The notes under the pieces were generated by a model that worked only from the letters and a program-made list of their open reading frames with translations, had not been told where the DNA came from and did no database searches. Source: Gemmatimonadaceae bacterium (GTDB lineage Bacteria > Gemmatimonadota > Gemmatimonadetes > Gemmatimonadales > Gemmatimonadaceae). From it: a DNA stretch of 64,000 nt. Position numbers and translations under genes: made by a program. Of the stretch, positions 12,526 through 22,581 are shown piece by piece. Within the stretch, counting starts at the first letter, position 1. The number at the start of each line of letters is the position of its first letter. The DNA lies in contig JBJMOW010000005.1 of NCBI GenBank assembly GCA_045803545.1, positions 544,001-608,000 of the forward strand, in the 5' to 3' direction.

Positions 12526-12543
12526 TTGTGAAGAATTTCACAA
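12526..12543. promoter_or_regulatory. Rex-type operator (also fits the CRP/FNR-family TGTGA-N6-TCACA core) upstream of actA
   Basis: TTGTGAA-GAAT-TTCACAA, a perfect palindrome ~40 bp upstream of the actA start. Confidence 0.7.
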
Positions 12544-12597
12544 GCAACCGAACGGCGGAAAAATGCCCGGACAGGTAGGGCAGCGCAAGGTGCGCGA

Positions 12598-13380
12598 TCA
12601 CTGCTGCAAACCCTTTGCCTTTGCATTCATGATGCGCTCGATTGTCCGCACTATCTCGATGAAAATGGCGCGCAGCAGCGCGAGCTCACGCGAGTCCGGC
12701 GCCGCTCGATAAAAGAGTGTTCGCACCGTCCGCATGATGTGCTCGTGGTAGCGCGTCTTGAAAAAATCGATTGCGTGGAGGCCGCGCTCCGTGTCCGCAA
12801 ACAGCTGCTCGTACTCTTCGGCTGAGGCGGGAGGCGCATCCTTGCGCGGCGGCGCCAGCGTTCGCGTCGCATCAGCAGCACGCAGATGCAATTCATAGAG
12901 CGCGACCATGACCGCCTGAGCCAGATTGAGCGATGCGTGCTCCGTCGTCGGGATCGTAACGAGCAGGTGCGCGCGATCGAGAATTTCGTTCGGCAACCCC
13001 TTGTCTTCGCGTCCGAAGAGCAGCGCGACCGGACCAGACGGGGCGAAGTCGAGGAGCTCCGCGCTAGCTTCTCTGGGCGTGACCACATCACGCTTCGCGG
13101 TACGACGGCGGGCCGTGAATCCCGCGACGCGAACTACACCCTCCAACGCTTCTTCGATGGTGTCGCAGCTTCTTATCCGCTCAATCAAGTCGTTTGTATC
13201 GTGGGCGATCCCTTCCAGTCGCCAGGGATCGTATGGTACCGACCTGACGAGATAGAGATCGCGGCAGCCCATGTTCTTCATCGCGCGAATTGTCGCAGCG
13301 ATGTTCACCGGGTCCTGGGGCTCATAGAGTACTACCCGTACAGAGCTGAGAATTGAGTTGTGAGCTGCTTCTACTGCCAT
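12598..13380 (-). CDS. SPOUT RNA methyltransferase, TrmJ/TrmH family
   Basis: NIAATIRAMKNMG, LLFGREDKGL, SLNLAQAV. Confidence 0.9.
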   Translation of the reverse strand: MAVEAAHNSILSSVRVVLYEPQDPVNIAATIRAMKNMGCRDLYLVRSVPYDPWRLEGIAHDTNDLIERIRSCDTIEEALEGVVRVAGFTARRRTAKRDVVTPREASAELLDFAPSGPVALLFGREDKGLPNEILDRAHLLVTIPTTEHASLNLAQAVMVALYELHLRAADATRTLAPPRKDAPPASAEEYEQLFADTERGLHAIDFFKTRYHEHIMRTVRTLFYRAAPDSRELALLRAIFIEIVRTIERIMNAKAKGLQQ

Positions 13381-13405
13381 GCGGGATTAGACGCGGTGAG
13401 AAAGC

Positions 13406-13451
13406 AAAAAGTGCTGCACCCACTTCTCTCAAAGAAGTAAGTGCAGCACTT
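13406..13451 (-). terminator. Rho-independent terminator after the small membrane protein gene
   Basis: Stem AAGTGCTGCAC...GTGCAGCACTT followed by a T-run on the minus strand. Confidence 0.75.
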
Positions 13452-13470
13452 CGCGTTCAAGCTGGCTCGC

Positions 13471-13620
13471 CTAGACGACCGGTCTGCCGGTGATCAGGCG
13501 GTAAATGACCACGATGACTGCGATCACGAGCAGCAGGTGAATCAGGCCGCCACCTACGTGCACCACGAAGAATCCAAGAATCCAAAGGATGAATAGAATT
13601 ACCGCGATCGTCCAAAGCAT
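13471..13620 (-). CDS. Small (49 aa) lmo0937-family membrane protein, absent from the ORF track
   Basis: Hand translation MLWTIAVILFILWILGFFVVHVGGGLIHLLLVIAVIVVIYRLITGRPVV*; GAGGA RBS. Confidence 0.9.
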   Translation of the reverse strand: MLWTIAVILFILWILGFFVVHVGGGLIHLLLVIAVIVVIYRLITGRPVV

Positions 13621-13773
13621 GATGGCATCCTCGCAAGAAGTGAGTTACACCGGCGCGACAGACTGTGTCCACCGCTTGGCGCGCGGCCACTCGGCCCGGC
13701 GTTATGGTACCGCACGCTCTGGATGATGGCAACCTGCATGCCTGTAATGTGCGAGAGGCCGGAGGAGGAACCA

Positions 13774-14319
13774 TCAAACAAACAGATCGCTCTGTGGCGC
13801 AACGTCATAGTGGACACGGCCGGTTTCATCGACTCGCGCGAACGATGTCAGTCGATGCGGCTCTGCTCCGGCGTCGAGAATGTGGAAAACCTGGGCGCCT
13901 CGTCCGACTGCCGCGTCAGAGATTAATGACCGATGACAGCGCCACGGCACCGCTTCGGCGCACATGATTGCAGTCGGCTCCCGCGAAGTCAGCGCCAACA
14001 ACTCGTCCAGCGCCTGGCCGAACTCCCGTGTTTCCATGTAATCAGCGTAGCCGCGAAATCCTGCGTTGCGCCAAAGCGTATTGTGTGAATCGCGGCGAAC
14101 CTTTCGACGTCCGCCGAGCGCGGGGAAATGTGTGTAGCGAAATCCCTCGCTGCCCAGGCTCTCGCGAAGACTCTCTCGATTGAAGTGCGGATAGCGCGGT
14201 GATGTAGGAAAGGCGCGCACATCGACCAGATGGGCAACGCCTTCCCGTTTCAACAACTTGATAAACTCGTCGAGCGTTCTCGTCGAATGCCCGATGGTAT
14301 ACAGCCTAGCGGGGTCCAC
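13774..14319 (-). CDS. DUF488 family protein
   Basis: YTIGHSTR, LVDVRAFP, LGGRR, FRGYADYM, MCAEAVPWRCHRSLI; start uncertain. Confidence 0.88.
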   Translation of the reverse strand: MDPARLYTIGHSTRTLDEFIKLLKREGVAHLVDVRAFPTSPRYPHFNRESLRESLGSEGFRYTHFPALGGRRKVRRDSHNTLWRNAGFRGYADYMETREFGQALDELLALTSREPTAIMCAEAVPWRCHRSLISDAAVGRGAQVFHILDAGAEPHRLTSFARVDETGRVHYDVAPQSDLFV

Positions 14320-14752
14320 GCTCCACGAAGCTGCCACCTTCGACCCGGGGCGAACCAGAGGGCGGCGTGATTCCGGTCGAACCTGTTTGGTGCAGCGCCT
14401 GTCTGCCAAGCAGAATGCGCGTCGCCCGGACGTCGTGACCCATGTCGATCAGCAACAGGGCAAGATCGCCACTGCCCCAAAGCAAACCAGCCAGCACCAC
14501 CAGCCGGCTCATTTCGCCGAGCAACGTGGGGATCGAGGTTGTTCCCTGGGTTACCAGGCCGGTGATGATCTCCGACACGAGCAACAGAAGGAGAATGATC
14601 GCCATCAGTTTGAAGAGCTTGGACAGGTAGCCAAGTCCGACGTACGGCTCGAGATCGGCCAGCCGCACCGGCATCGCCGGATCCCGCTTCGGGTTCGCCG
14701 GTGTGTGCCTGTGCTCCTCGACTGATGCCGCGCTACTTGTTTTGTCCGCCAT
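14306..14752 (-). CDS. Hypothetical 2-TM membrane protein
   Basis: TAATG coupling to the upstream peptidase gene; two hydrophobic helices. Confidence 0.7.
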   Translation of the reverse strand: MADKTSSAASVEEHRHTPANPKRDPAMPVRLADLEPYVGLGYLSKLFKLMAIILLLLLVSEIITGLVTQGTTSIPTLLGEMSRLVVLAGLLWGSGDLALLLIDMGHDVRATRILLGRQALHQTGSTGITPPSGSPRVEGGSFVERGPR

Positions 14753-15921
14753 TAGCCATCTCCTGTTCCAATCCAGCGAGCGGGGTAGCCTCGCGTGTCG
14801 ATATGGGTGAACGGCCCGTGCGCTGACGTGCCGGAATATATGCCGCACCCCCCTATCAGCGAAGGGTGTGCCCGCTCGACGCGATCGACCGCGTCCTGAA
14901 TGACTTTGGCATCTGCAATATTCACGCGCCCGTCGTGATTGAGGTCGTCCATCTGGCCGTTACCGTCGTTGTCGATGAAGATGTCGTTGGCATCTCCATA
15001 CATATGTCGGCTAAGGGCGGCCCGTCCCCGCGAATCACCTCCACCGGAGTTGTACTGTGGGGTGCGGAACCCGCTCATGACGTGGACGCCCTTCGGGTTG
15101 ATTCCGTGCTGTCTCAAGTCCTCGAGCACAAGCTCGTCTTTGTCGACCAGTTTCATGTCGAGGACGATGTACTTCGGCCAGACGTTCGTCTGATCGTGCG
15201 GCAGAAAATCCTTGAGCTTGAAGTGCTCGGAGAGCTGGGTGTTCTGATTTTCCGGTGTGACTTCGATGAAGCCGTTCGGCGGATCATAGCGTACCCCCGG
15301 CTGTCCCTTCCTCGCCGCCGGCCAGTTACCGATGTAGTAAAGCCCCAGCCGCGATCCCGTCTTCTCGGATGCGGGACGAAGAGTGATTACGCTGAAGTCG
15401 GCGAGCGGTTTGATGGCGTTGCCGACCTTAAGGGCGATGTTCCAGATCCCTGGTCGCTTCGGAGCAGCAAGGGTAGCCGTTGATTCAGCGGCGGCTCCAG
15501 ACGAGAACGTCGCCGTCGCTCCCGGCGGCAATGTGTCGGCGAGGAGAGGGTTGATCGACGAACCTTCCGGCTGGATGCGCACGCGAAGCTTTCCGCTCTC
15601 GCCCCGCGCAGGCGGAGCGAGCGCCGACAGCGCGGCGTCAGTCAGATACGCGACCGACGGCGCGGATCCATTTGTCAGCGCAGCGGCGATTGTCGCCGTA
15701 GCGGGAGTTACGTTTCCGCTTTCGCCGCTGGCCCGCGCCCTCGCAATTGACCAGGACCAGCCAACGGTGAATAGCACGAGCACCACAACGGCGACCGCGC
15801 TGAAAATCCGTTCAGCTCTGCCGATGCGACGAAATCGCACCCGACGCTCCGGAAACGCGAGTAGAAACTCTCTAGTTGCTTTGCGTCGTGGTGGCGGTGA
15901 ACTTGAACGTCTCTCTTCCAT
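14752..15921 (-). CDS. Membrane-anchored peptidase M15 (YcbK/DUF882-like zinc peptidoglycan peptidase)
   Basis: SGFRTPQYN, SRHMYGDAND, THIDTRG zinc motifs; N-terminal TM; DNDGNGQMDDLNHDG calcium-loop-like insert. Confidence 0.8.
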   Translation of the reverse strand: MEERRSSSPPPRRKATREFLLAFPERRVRFRRIGRAERIFSAVAVVVLVLFTVGWSWSIARARASGESGNVTPATATIAAALTNGSAPSVAYLTDAALSALAPPARGESGKLRVRIQPEGSSINPLLADTLPPGATATFSSGAAAESTATLAAPKRPGIWNIALKVGNAIKPLADFSVITLRPASEKTGSRLGLYYIGNWPAARKGQPGVRYDPPNGFIEVTPENQNTQLSEHFKLKDFLPHDQTNVWPKYIVLDMKLVDKDELVLEDLRQHGINPKGVHVMSGFRTPQYNSGGGDSRGRAALSRHMYGDANDIFIDNDGNGQMDDLNHDGRVNIADAKVIQDAVDRVERAHPSLIGGCGIYSGTSAHGPFTHIDTRGYPARWIGTGDG

Positions 15922-15944
15922 TCGAACTCTCTAAGTACGACCGG

Positions 15945-16595
15945 ATGCAACCGCTCGTCGATTTTTTCCACCGACTTTCGAACCTTCCAGACCTGGTCCA
16001 GTGGGCCGGACTGTTCGGTCTCACCGCAATCATCTTCTCCGAAACGGGTCTGCTCGTCGGTGTGTTTCTACCCGGCGATTCACTGCTTGTTACCGCGGGA
16101 CTATTTGCCGCCAAAGGCTATCTGGATATCTACGCGCTCGCGCCCACACTCACACTCGGCGCGATTTGCGGCAACAGCCTCGGTTTTTTCATCGGCCGTG
16201 CAAGCGGACCACGGGTTTTCAGGCGTGAGAACAGCTTGCTCTTCAACAAGAAGCATGCTATCCGCGCTCAGGAGTTCTACCAGAAGTACGGGCGGAAAAC
16301 TATTGTGCTAGCCCAATTCATGCCGGTCGTCCGCACCTTCGCCCCGGTTACCGCAGGCGTTGCCTGCATGCCCTTTCGAACATTCATCGTCACCAATGTC
16401 CTTGGCGCCTTTGCCTGGATCTGGAGCATGCTCGGCGTTGGGTATTTCCTCGGTAACTACATTCCGGGCATCGATCAACACATCGAGATCGTCGTGGTGG
16501 TCGTGGTGTTCATTTCGATCCTGCCCGGCATCATCGGGGGTATCCGGGCTCGCCGGGCGAAACGGTATCGCGCAGCTACACCCGTTGAAACTTGA
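15945..16595 (+). CDS. DedA/VTT family membrane protein
   Basis: FSETGLLVGVFLPGDSLLVTAG, FMPVVRTFAP. Confidence 0.92.
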   Translation: MQPLVDFFHRLSNLPDLVQWAGLFGLTAIIFSETGLLVGVFLPGDSLLVTAGLFAAKGYLDIYALAPTLTLGAICGNSLGFFIGRASGPRVFRRENSLLFNKKHAIRAQEFYQKYGRKTIVLAQFMPVVRTFAPVTAGVACMPFRTFIVTNVLGAFAWIWSMLGVGYFLGNYIPGIDQHIEIVVVVVVFISILPGIIGGIRARRAKRYRAATPVET

Positions 16596-16628
16596 AGACT
16601 GTGAACCAGAACGTTCAGGAGACCGATA

Positions 16629-17234
16629 ATGGCTTTTACTCTTCCGCCCCTTCCCTACGACTTCGCCGCCCTCGAGCCCCACATAGATGCCAAGACCATG
16701 GAGATTCACCATGGCAAGCATCATCAGGCCTACGTCAACAATCTCAACGCGGCAATTGAAAAAGCGCCGGATTTGGCGAGCAAATCACTCGACGATCTGA
16801 TGCGGAATGTGAGCACTGTACCCGAGTCCGTGCGCACCGCAGTGCGCAACAACGGCGGTGGACATTGGAACCATTCGATGTTCTGGCAGATCATGGCGCC
16901 CAAGGCGGGCGGTGAGCCGAGCGGAAATCTTGGCAACGCGATTCGCACCGCCTTCGGGGATTTCGCAAAGTTCCGTGAGCAGTTCAGTGCTGCCGGCGTC
17001 GGACGATTCGGATCAGGCTGGGCCTGGTTGATCAACAATGGCGGCAAGCTCTCGATCACCAGCACGCCGAACCAGGACAACCCATTGATGGATGGCCAGC
17101 GCGCGATCGTGGGGATCGACGTCTGGGAGCATGCGTACTACCTCAAATACCAGAATCGCCGGCCCGACTACATCACCGCATGGTGGAACGTGGTGAACTG
17201 GAAGGAAGTCGAGAAGCGGTTTTCGCAGAGCTGA
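16629..17234 (+). CDS. sodA: Superoxide dismutase, Mn-type signature
   Basis: [34 protein letters not shown]. Confidence 0.95.
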   Translation: MAFTLPPLPYDFAALEPHIDAKTMEIHHGKHHQAYVNNLNAAIEKAPDLASKSLDDLMRNVSTVPESVRTAVRNNGGGHWNHSMFWQIMAPKAGGEPSGNLGNAIRTAFGDFAKFREQFSAAGVGRFGSGWAWLINNGGKLSITSTPNQDNPLMDGQRAIVGIDVWEHAYYLKYQNRRPDYITAWWNVVNWKEVEKRFSQS

Positions 17235-17241
17235 TGGCGAG

Positions 17242-19227
17242 TTATTTCGCCGCTTCGCCCTCGAGGTAGGTGTAGCCTTCGAGTCCGGCGACGTAGTCCG
17301 CGATGAAGGTGTTCGCTTCCTGCCGCGTGATGCTCCTGGCGTTGCCGACCTTGCGCCGGAACGTCGCGAGTAAATCGGACGCGCGGAACTGAACGTAGTC
17401 AAGAACCTCGGTAACCGTATCACCGTGCACGAGGTCGGTGACCTCGTAGCCCTTCGACTCCGACAGGCGAATGTGGACGGCGTTGGTATCGCCGAAAAGA
17501 TTGTGCAGGTCGCCCAGGATTTCCTGGTACGCGCCGGTCAGAAAGATTCCGATGATATACGGATCGCCGTCGTTGAATGGATGCAGCTCCAGGCTCTTCC
17601 GCGCCGTGCGGTCACCAATGAAGCACTCGATCTTGCCATCCGAATCGCAAGTCACGTCCTGAATCGTCCCGCGTCTCGTCGGCTCTTCGTCGAGACGGTG
17701 AATCGGCATGATTGGGAAAATCTGATCGATCGCCCAGCTGTCTGGCAGTGACTGGAACAGCGAGAAATTGCAGAAATATCGATCTACCATCGTTGCTTCG
17801 AGATCGTCGATGATGTCGGAGTATCCGTCCCGATCGCGCTGAGCGATCTTCACCACCGTAGCGATCGTCGACAGATAAATCTGCTCCGCCATTGCGCGGT
17901 CGCGCAGCGAGAACACTCCGCTGTTGAACAGCTCCTGCGCGCGCTCCTTATCGAACGTCGCGTCATGGTAGACCTCTCGCACGCGTTTCCGCGACAGGCG
18001 CGGTTTCGCAAGGGAGCCGTAGTCCGCGAACATCTCGTGAAGAAGTGTGTGCTCGTCTTCCGTGAGCTCCGGCACCGAGACTTCGGACTGCGATTCCACG
18101 TCGATCACGCTCAACAACAGCAGCGCGTGGTGCGCCGTCAACGCCCGACCGGACTCGCTGATGATGTGCGGCATGGGCAGCTCGTGCTGCCGGCACGCCT
18201 CCGCGATGGTGTACATCACGTCGTCCGCGTACTCCTGAAGTGTGTAGTTCACACTCGCCTGGGAGGTCGAGCTGCTACCGTCATAGTCGACACCGAGTCC
18301 ACCGCCGACGTCGACGTGGGTGATGTCCACACCGAGACCACGCAACTCCGCGTAGTAGCGCGAGACTTCCTGCAGCCCCGCCTTGATGTAACGGATGTCG
18401 GTGATCTGGGATCCGAGATGGAAGTGAATCAGCTTCAGGATATCCAGCCGATTCATCGCCTTGAGCTTGTCCACCAGCCTTACCAGTTGTGCAGTGCTCA
18501 ACCCGAATTTCGATTTCTCACCGCCGCTCTTCGCCCACCGGCCGGAGCCTTCTGAATAGAGCTTGATGCGCACGCCCGCCGTGGGCGTCACACCGAGCTC
18601 GTCGGCGACCTGCAGCAGCACGTCCACTTCGCTCAGCTGTTCGAGGACGATGAAGACCTGGTGGCCCAGCTTCTGTCCCATCATCGCCAGGCGCATGAAC
18701 TCCTCGTCCTTGTAACCGTTGCACACGATCAGATGATCGGTGTGCTCGGCGAGACCGAGTATCGCCTGTAGCTCGGGCTTGCTCCCGCACTCGAGGCCGA
18801 CGCCGGCAGCTTTGCCGAATTCCACGATCTCCTCGACGACGTGACGCTGCTGATTGACTTTGATCGGATAGACCGTGGTGTACCCGCCTTCGTATCCGTA
18901 CTCATCCCGCGCCTTGACGAATTTTTCGTGAAGCGACTCGATTCGCGACCGCAGGATGTCGGAGAATCGAAGTAGCAGCGGCAACCCGACCCCCTGCTCC
19001 TCGAGATCGTTTGCCAGCTCGAACAAATCGAGCTCCCGCTCCGGCCTTTCGCGATCCGGCTTTACGACGACGTGTCCTGCGCTGTTGACATCGAAGAAGC
19101 CGATTCCCCAGCCCTCGATGTTGTAGAGTGCTTTCGCCCTGGCGATCGTCCACGGTTCTACCGGCGCCGGAGTCGGCGGCGCTGCGTGACCGTTCTTCTG
19201 CGCCGGGGGAATTCGGGTACTGGTCAT
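17242..19227 (-). CDS. speA: Biosynthetic arginine decarboxylase
   Basis: YPIKVNQ (PLP Lys), GLECGSKPEL, HFHLGSQI, DVGGGLGVDYDG, TCDSDG, GAYQEILGDLHNLFG. Confidence 0.96.
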   Translation of the reverse strand: MTSTRIPPAQKNGHAAPPTPAPVEPWTIARAKALYNIEGWGIGFFDVNSAGHVVVKPDRERPERELDLFELANDLEEQGVGLPLLLRFSDILRSRIESLHEKFVKARDEYGYEGGYTTVYPIKVNQQRHVVEEIVEFGKAAGVGLECGSKPELQAILGLAEHTDHLIVCNGYKDEEFMRLAMMGQKLGHQVFIVLEQLSEVDVLLQVADELGVTPTAGVRIKLYSEGSGRWAKSGGEKSKFGLSTAQLVRLVDKLKAMNRLDILKLIHFHLGSQITDIRYIKAGLQEVSRYYAELRGLGVDITHVDVGGGLGVDYDGSSSTSQASVNYTLQEYADDVMYTIAEACRQHELPMPHIISESGRALTAHHALLLLSVIDVESQSEVSVPELTEDEHTLLHEMFADYGSLAKPRLSRKRVREVYHDATFDKERAQELFNSGVFSLRDRAMAEQIYLSTIATVVKIAQRDRDGYSDIIDDLEATMVDRYFCNFSLFQSLPDSWAIDQIFPIMPIHRLDEEPTRRGTIQDVTCDSDGKIECFIGDRTARKSLELHPFNDGDPYIIGIFLTGAYQEILGDLHNLFGDTNAVHIRLSESKGYEVTDLVHGDTVTEVLDYVQFRASDLLATFRRKVGNARSITRQEANTFIADYVAGLEGYTYLEGEAAK

Positions 19228-19270
19228 CTCACCATTTTAGGGCAATGCGGCTGTCAGTTGTAGCATCGAT

Positions 19271-19861
19271 TCAGGGATAGAGCGTTTCGATCTTCCAAGC
19301 ATCCTTGGTTCTCGTGTAGAGATGTCGTTCATGTAGACGATTGGGCTTGCCCTTCCAGAACTCGATTCTTTCCGGTGCAACGCGAAAACCCGACCAGAAG
19401 CTCGGACGAGGAACGGGTTTGCCCTCGAATTTCTTCTCGTACTCGGCAACGCGTTGGTCGAGCACACTTTCCGACTCCAGTGTGCGACTCTGCTTCGACG
19501 CCCAGGCACCAATCTGGCTGAGGCGCGCCCGGGTTGCGAAGTAAGCGTCAGCCTCCTCGTCCGAGACTTTCGATACCGCACCTTCGACACGGACCTGCGT
19601 GTCCAGGGGCGGCCAGAAAAAACAGAGCGCGGCACGTGGCTGAGCGAGAAGCTGTTTGCCTTTTCGCCCCTCGAAATTCGTGTAGAAGACGAAGCCCCGC
19701 TCGTCGAATGCCTTGAGCAGAACGATGCGGACCGACGGCTGATCGCCGTTCTCAATGGTGCCGAGCGACATTGCGTTTGGCTCGGGCATGATCGATCGGT
19801 CGATTTTCTCCGCGCGCTCGTAGACCTCGCGAAATCGCTCGATCGGATCGGGTGGAATCAA
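19271..19861 (-). CDS. pdxH: Pyridoxamine 5'-phosphate oxidase
   Basis: RIVLLK, FYTN, SQIGAWASKQS, IEFWKG..RLHER. Confidence 0.95.
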   Translation of the reverse strand: MIPPDPIERFREVYERAEKIDRSIMPEPNAMSLGTIENGDQPSVRIVLLKAFDERGFVFYTNFEGRKGKQLLAQPRAALCFFWPPLDTQVRVEGAVSKVSDEEADAYFATRARLSQIGAWASKQSRTLESESVLDQRVAEYEKKFEGKPVPRPSFWSGFRVAPERIEFWKGKPNRLHERHLYTRTKDAWKIETLYP

Positions 19862-21028
19862 CTAATACCTCGTCATGGTCGGATCGACTTCATCGATCCA
19901 GCGCAGAATTCCACCGGTGAGATTCCTCACCTCAGACAGACCGGCATCGGCGAGCTGCTCGGCGGCAAACCGACTCCTTAACCCGACCTTGCAGTAAAGA
20001 ATGGTTTCTCTTCGCTTATCGAGACGTGGAATTTCATCGGCGATGCGGCTGAGTGGAACGAGCCGCGCGCCGGGAATGTGGCCAAGCTCCCACTCAAACG
20101 GCTCGCGCACATCGATGATCTCCAGATCATCTCCCGTCGCTAGACGTTCGGCCAGCTGCGCGGGCAGAATTTCGCTCACTTCTCCACGGCTCCCGTCAGC
20201 TAAGCTCACGCCGTTGCAGAATTCGTCGTAATCGATCAGCTGCCTGATCTCTCGCGTTCCGCACGCCGGGCACTCGGGGTCACGCTGAATTTCGATCGTG
20301 CGGAACGTCATTGTGAGTGCGTCGATCGTTAGTAATCGTCCGACGAGCGAGTCACCGAGACCGAGTAGAACTTTGATCGCTTCGGTCGCCTGGATCGTTC
20401 CGATCAGGCCTGGAACCACCCCCAGCACGCCCGCTTCGGCGCAGTTGGGAATCAGTTGAGGCGGCGGTGGTTCTCTAAATAGACAGCGGTAGCATGGGCC
20501 GTTGGGCGTACCGAAGACGGACACCTGACCCTCGAAGCGATGCACTGCGCCGTAGACATTCGGAATGCCGAGCAACACCGAGCTGTCGTTGATCAGATAC
20601 CTCGTCGCGAAGTTATCGGTGCCGTCGACGATGAGATCGTAATCCCGCGCAATCTCGAGCGCGTTGGCGGAAGTGATTCGCGTTGCGTACGACTCGACGA
20701 GAACGTGCGGGTTGATGTCGCCCAGCCGCTCGCGCGCGGAATCGAGCTTTGATTTGCCGACTGCCGCGGATCCGTGAAGTATCTGACGCTGGAGGTTTGT
20801 TAGATCGACGTCGTCGTAGTCGACGAGTCCGATCGTGCCGACACCGGCGGCCGCCAGATACATTGCGATTGGCGATCCCAGGCCGCCAGCGCCGACGAGC
20901 AGAACACGCGAGGATTTGAGGCGTCGCTGGCCAGCCTCACCAACCTGCGGCAGCAGGATGTGGCGGCTGTAGCGCACCTGTTCTTCGCGGCTTAGCTCGC
21001 TCGTTGGGTCGACGCGTCTGTTATTCAC
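19862..21028 (-). CDS. moeB: Molybdopterin-synthase adenylyltransferase MoeB/MoeZ with C-terminal rhodanese
   Basis: RYSRHI, GAGGLGSP, NLQRQ, CYRC, NCAEAGVLG, CPAC, rhodanese YCKVGLRS. Confidence 0.92.
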   Translation of the reverse strand: MNNRRVDPTSELSREEQVRYSRHILLPQVGEAGQRRLKSSRVLLVGAGGLGSPIAMYLAAAGVGTIGLVDYDDVDLTNLQRQILHGSAAVGKSKLDSARERLGDINPHVLVESYATRITSANALEIARDYDLIVDGTDNFATRYLINDSSVLLGIPNVYGAVHRFEGQVSVFGTPNGPCYRCLFREPPPPQLIPNCAEAGVLGVVPGLIGTIQATEAIKVLLGLGDSLVGRLLTIDALTMTFRTIEIQRDPECPACGTREIRQLIDYDEFCNGVSLADGSRGEVSEILPAQLAERLATGDDLEIIDVREPFEWELGHIPGARLVPLSRIADEIPRLDKRRETILYCKVGLRSRFAAEQLADAGLSEVRNLTGGILRWIDEVDPTMTRY

Positions 21029-21121
21029 GGCGTGGTATATTGCGCGGAGATGCTGGGAGCTACAACTAGGACGCTAACCACCGGCGCTCCTTCCAGCAAC
21101 GCTTTCGGAGCCGACTCGCGA

Positions 21122-22567
21122 ATGATCTTCAAGCGCTTTTACGACGACAATCTTGCTCAGGCGAGCTATCTGATTGCGTGCGAGCGGACACGCGAGGCGA
21201 TCGTTGTCGATCCGAACGCGGACATAGGTGTCTACACGCGTGCGGCTGGCGCCGATCGTCTGCGCATTACCGGCGTCACAGAAACCCACATCCATGCGGA
21301 CTTTCTTTCCGGAACGCGCGAGCTCGCCGAAGCCGCCGGCGCCAGGATGCACCTGTCGGGGGAAGGCGGCGAGTTCGGTTATGCTCCGGGCGCGCTTAAG
21401 CGAGCTAATGCGCTGCGCGACGGCGCTCGAATCGACGTTGGCGACGTGCGTGTAACAGTTTCTCATACTCCCGGCCACACTCCTGAGCATCTGACTTTCC
21501 TCGTCAGCGATCTGGCGCGCGGCGAAGAATCCATCGGTGCGCTCACCGGCGATTTCATTTTTGTCGGCGATGTCGGGCGACCAGACCTGCTGGAGAAGAC
21601 GGTCGGTGTGAGTGGCACTATGCAGGACTCGGCGCGGCAGCTTTTCAGGTCGATCGCGCGCTTCGCGAAGATGCCTGATCATCTGCAGCTCTGGCCGGGG
21701 CACGGAGCCGGTTCGGCTTGCGGCAAGTCACTGGGCGCAATGCCGCAATCGACGCTTGGATATGAGAAGCTGTTCAACTGGGCATTTGCCGAAATGCCGG
21801 AGGACAAGTTTGTCGACAAGGTCCTCGAGAACCAGCCGGTCCCGCCGCGGTATTTCGCAAGAATGAAGCGATTGAACCGCACGATGGACAGACACGGAAA
21901 GAATCCCGAGTGCACCCGGTTGTCGTTTGTCGAACTCGAGACCGCCATTACACAGGGGGACCCGATTGTCGACACGCGTTCCGCGGAGAAGTTTGCTGCA
22001 GGACACATCCCGGGAACGCTAAACATCCCTCTGGGCAAGTCGTTTCTTAACTGGCTGGGCGCATTAGTCGACGCTGACCGCCAACTATATCTCATCGCTG
22101 AATCGGAGAGCGATGAATCGATCGAGGCAGTCCTTGACGATTTGTGCAAGATCGGAATGATAAATGTCGCCGGATACTTCGGCAGCGATGTCGTGCAGGA
22201 TTGGAGATCCCGGCGCGGCGCGATTGAAAAGGTGAAGCGAGTCGACGTGGCCGGGCTGCAGGCATCGAATGGTAAGAATGCGCAGATCATCGACGTCCGC
22301 AGTCCGGATGAATGGAGTCACGGCCACATTCCCGACGCACGACACATTCCTCTCGCCTCCCTTCCCGACCGGATTGCTGAAATCGACGCATCGCGTCCGG
22401 TGATTCTCCAGTGTCGTGGTGGCGGCCGCTCGGCGATTGCGACGAGTCTGCTGCTGTCACGCGGCATATCTAACGTTTCGAATCTGATCGGCGGGTACGA
22501 CGCGTGGGCCGCACAACGACTTCCGACTGAAACTCCGTCGCAACCGAACGAGTCGAAGCGCCGCTAG
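21122..22567 (+). CDS. MBL-fold hydrolase/persulfide dioxygenase with two rhodanese domains (CstB/Blh-like)
   Basis: ETHIHADF, TPGHTPEH, GDVGRPDL, HGAGSACGK, GHIPG, CRGGGRS. Confidence 0.88.
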   Translation: MIFKRFYDDNLAQASYLIACERTREAIVVDPNADIGVYTRAAGADRLRITGVTETHIHADFLSGTRELAEAAGARMHLSGEGGEFGYAPGALKRANALRDGARIDVGDVRVTVSHTPGHTPEHLTFLVSDLARGEESIGALTGDFIFVGDVGRPDLLEKTVGVSGTMQDSARQLFRSIARFAKMPDHLQLWPGHGAGSACGKSLGAMPQSTLGYEKLFNWAFAEMPEDKFVDKVLENQPVPPRYFARMKRLNRTMDRHGKNPECTRLSFVELETAITQGDPIVDTRSAEKFAAGHIPGTLNIPLGKSFLNWLGALVDADRQLYLIAESESDESIEAVLDDLCKIGMINVAGYFGSDVVQDWRSRRGAIEKVKRVDVAGLQASNGKNAQIIDVRSPDEWSHGHIPDARHIPLASLPDRIAEIDASRPVILQCRGGGRSAIATSLLLSRGISNVSNLIGGYDAWAAQRLPTETPSQPNESKRR

Positions 22568-22581
22568 CGAGTGTTGTAACA

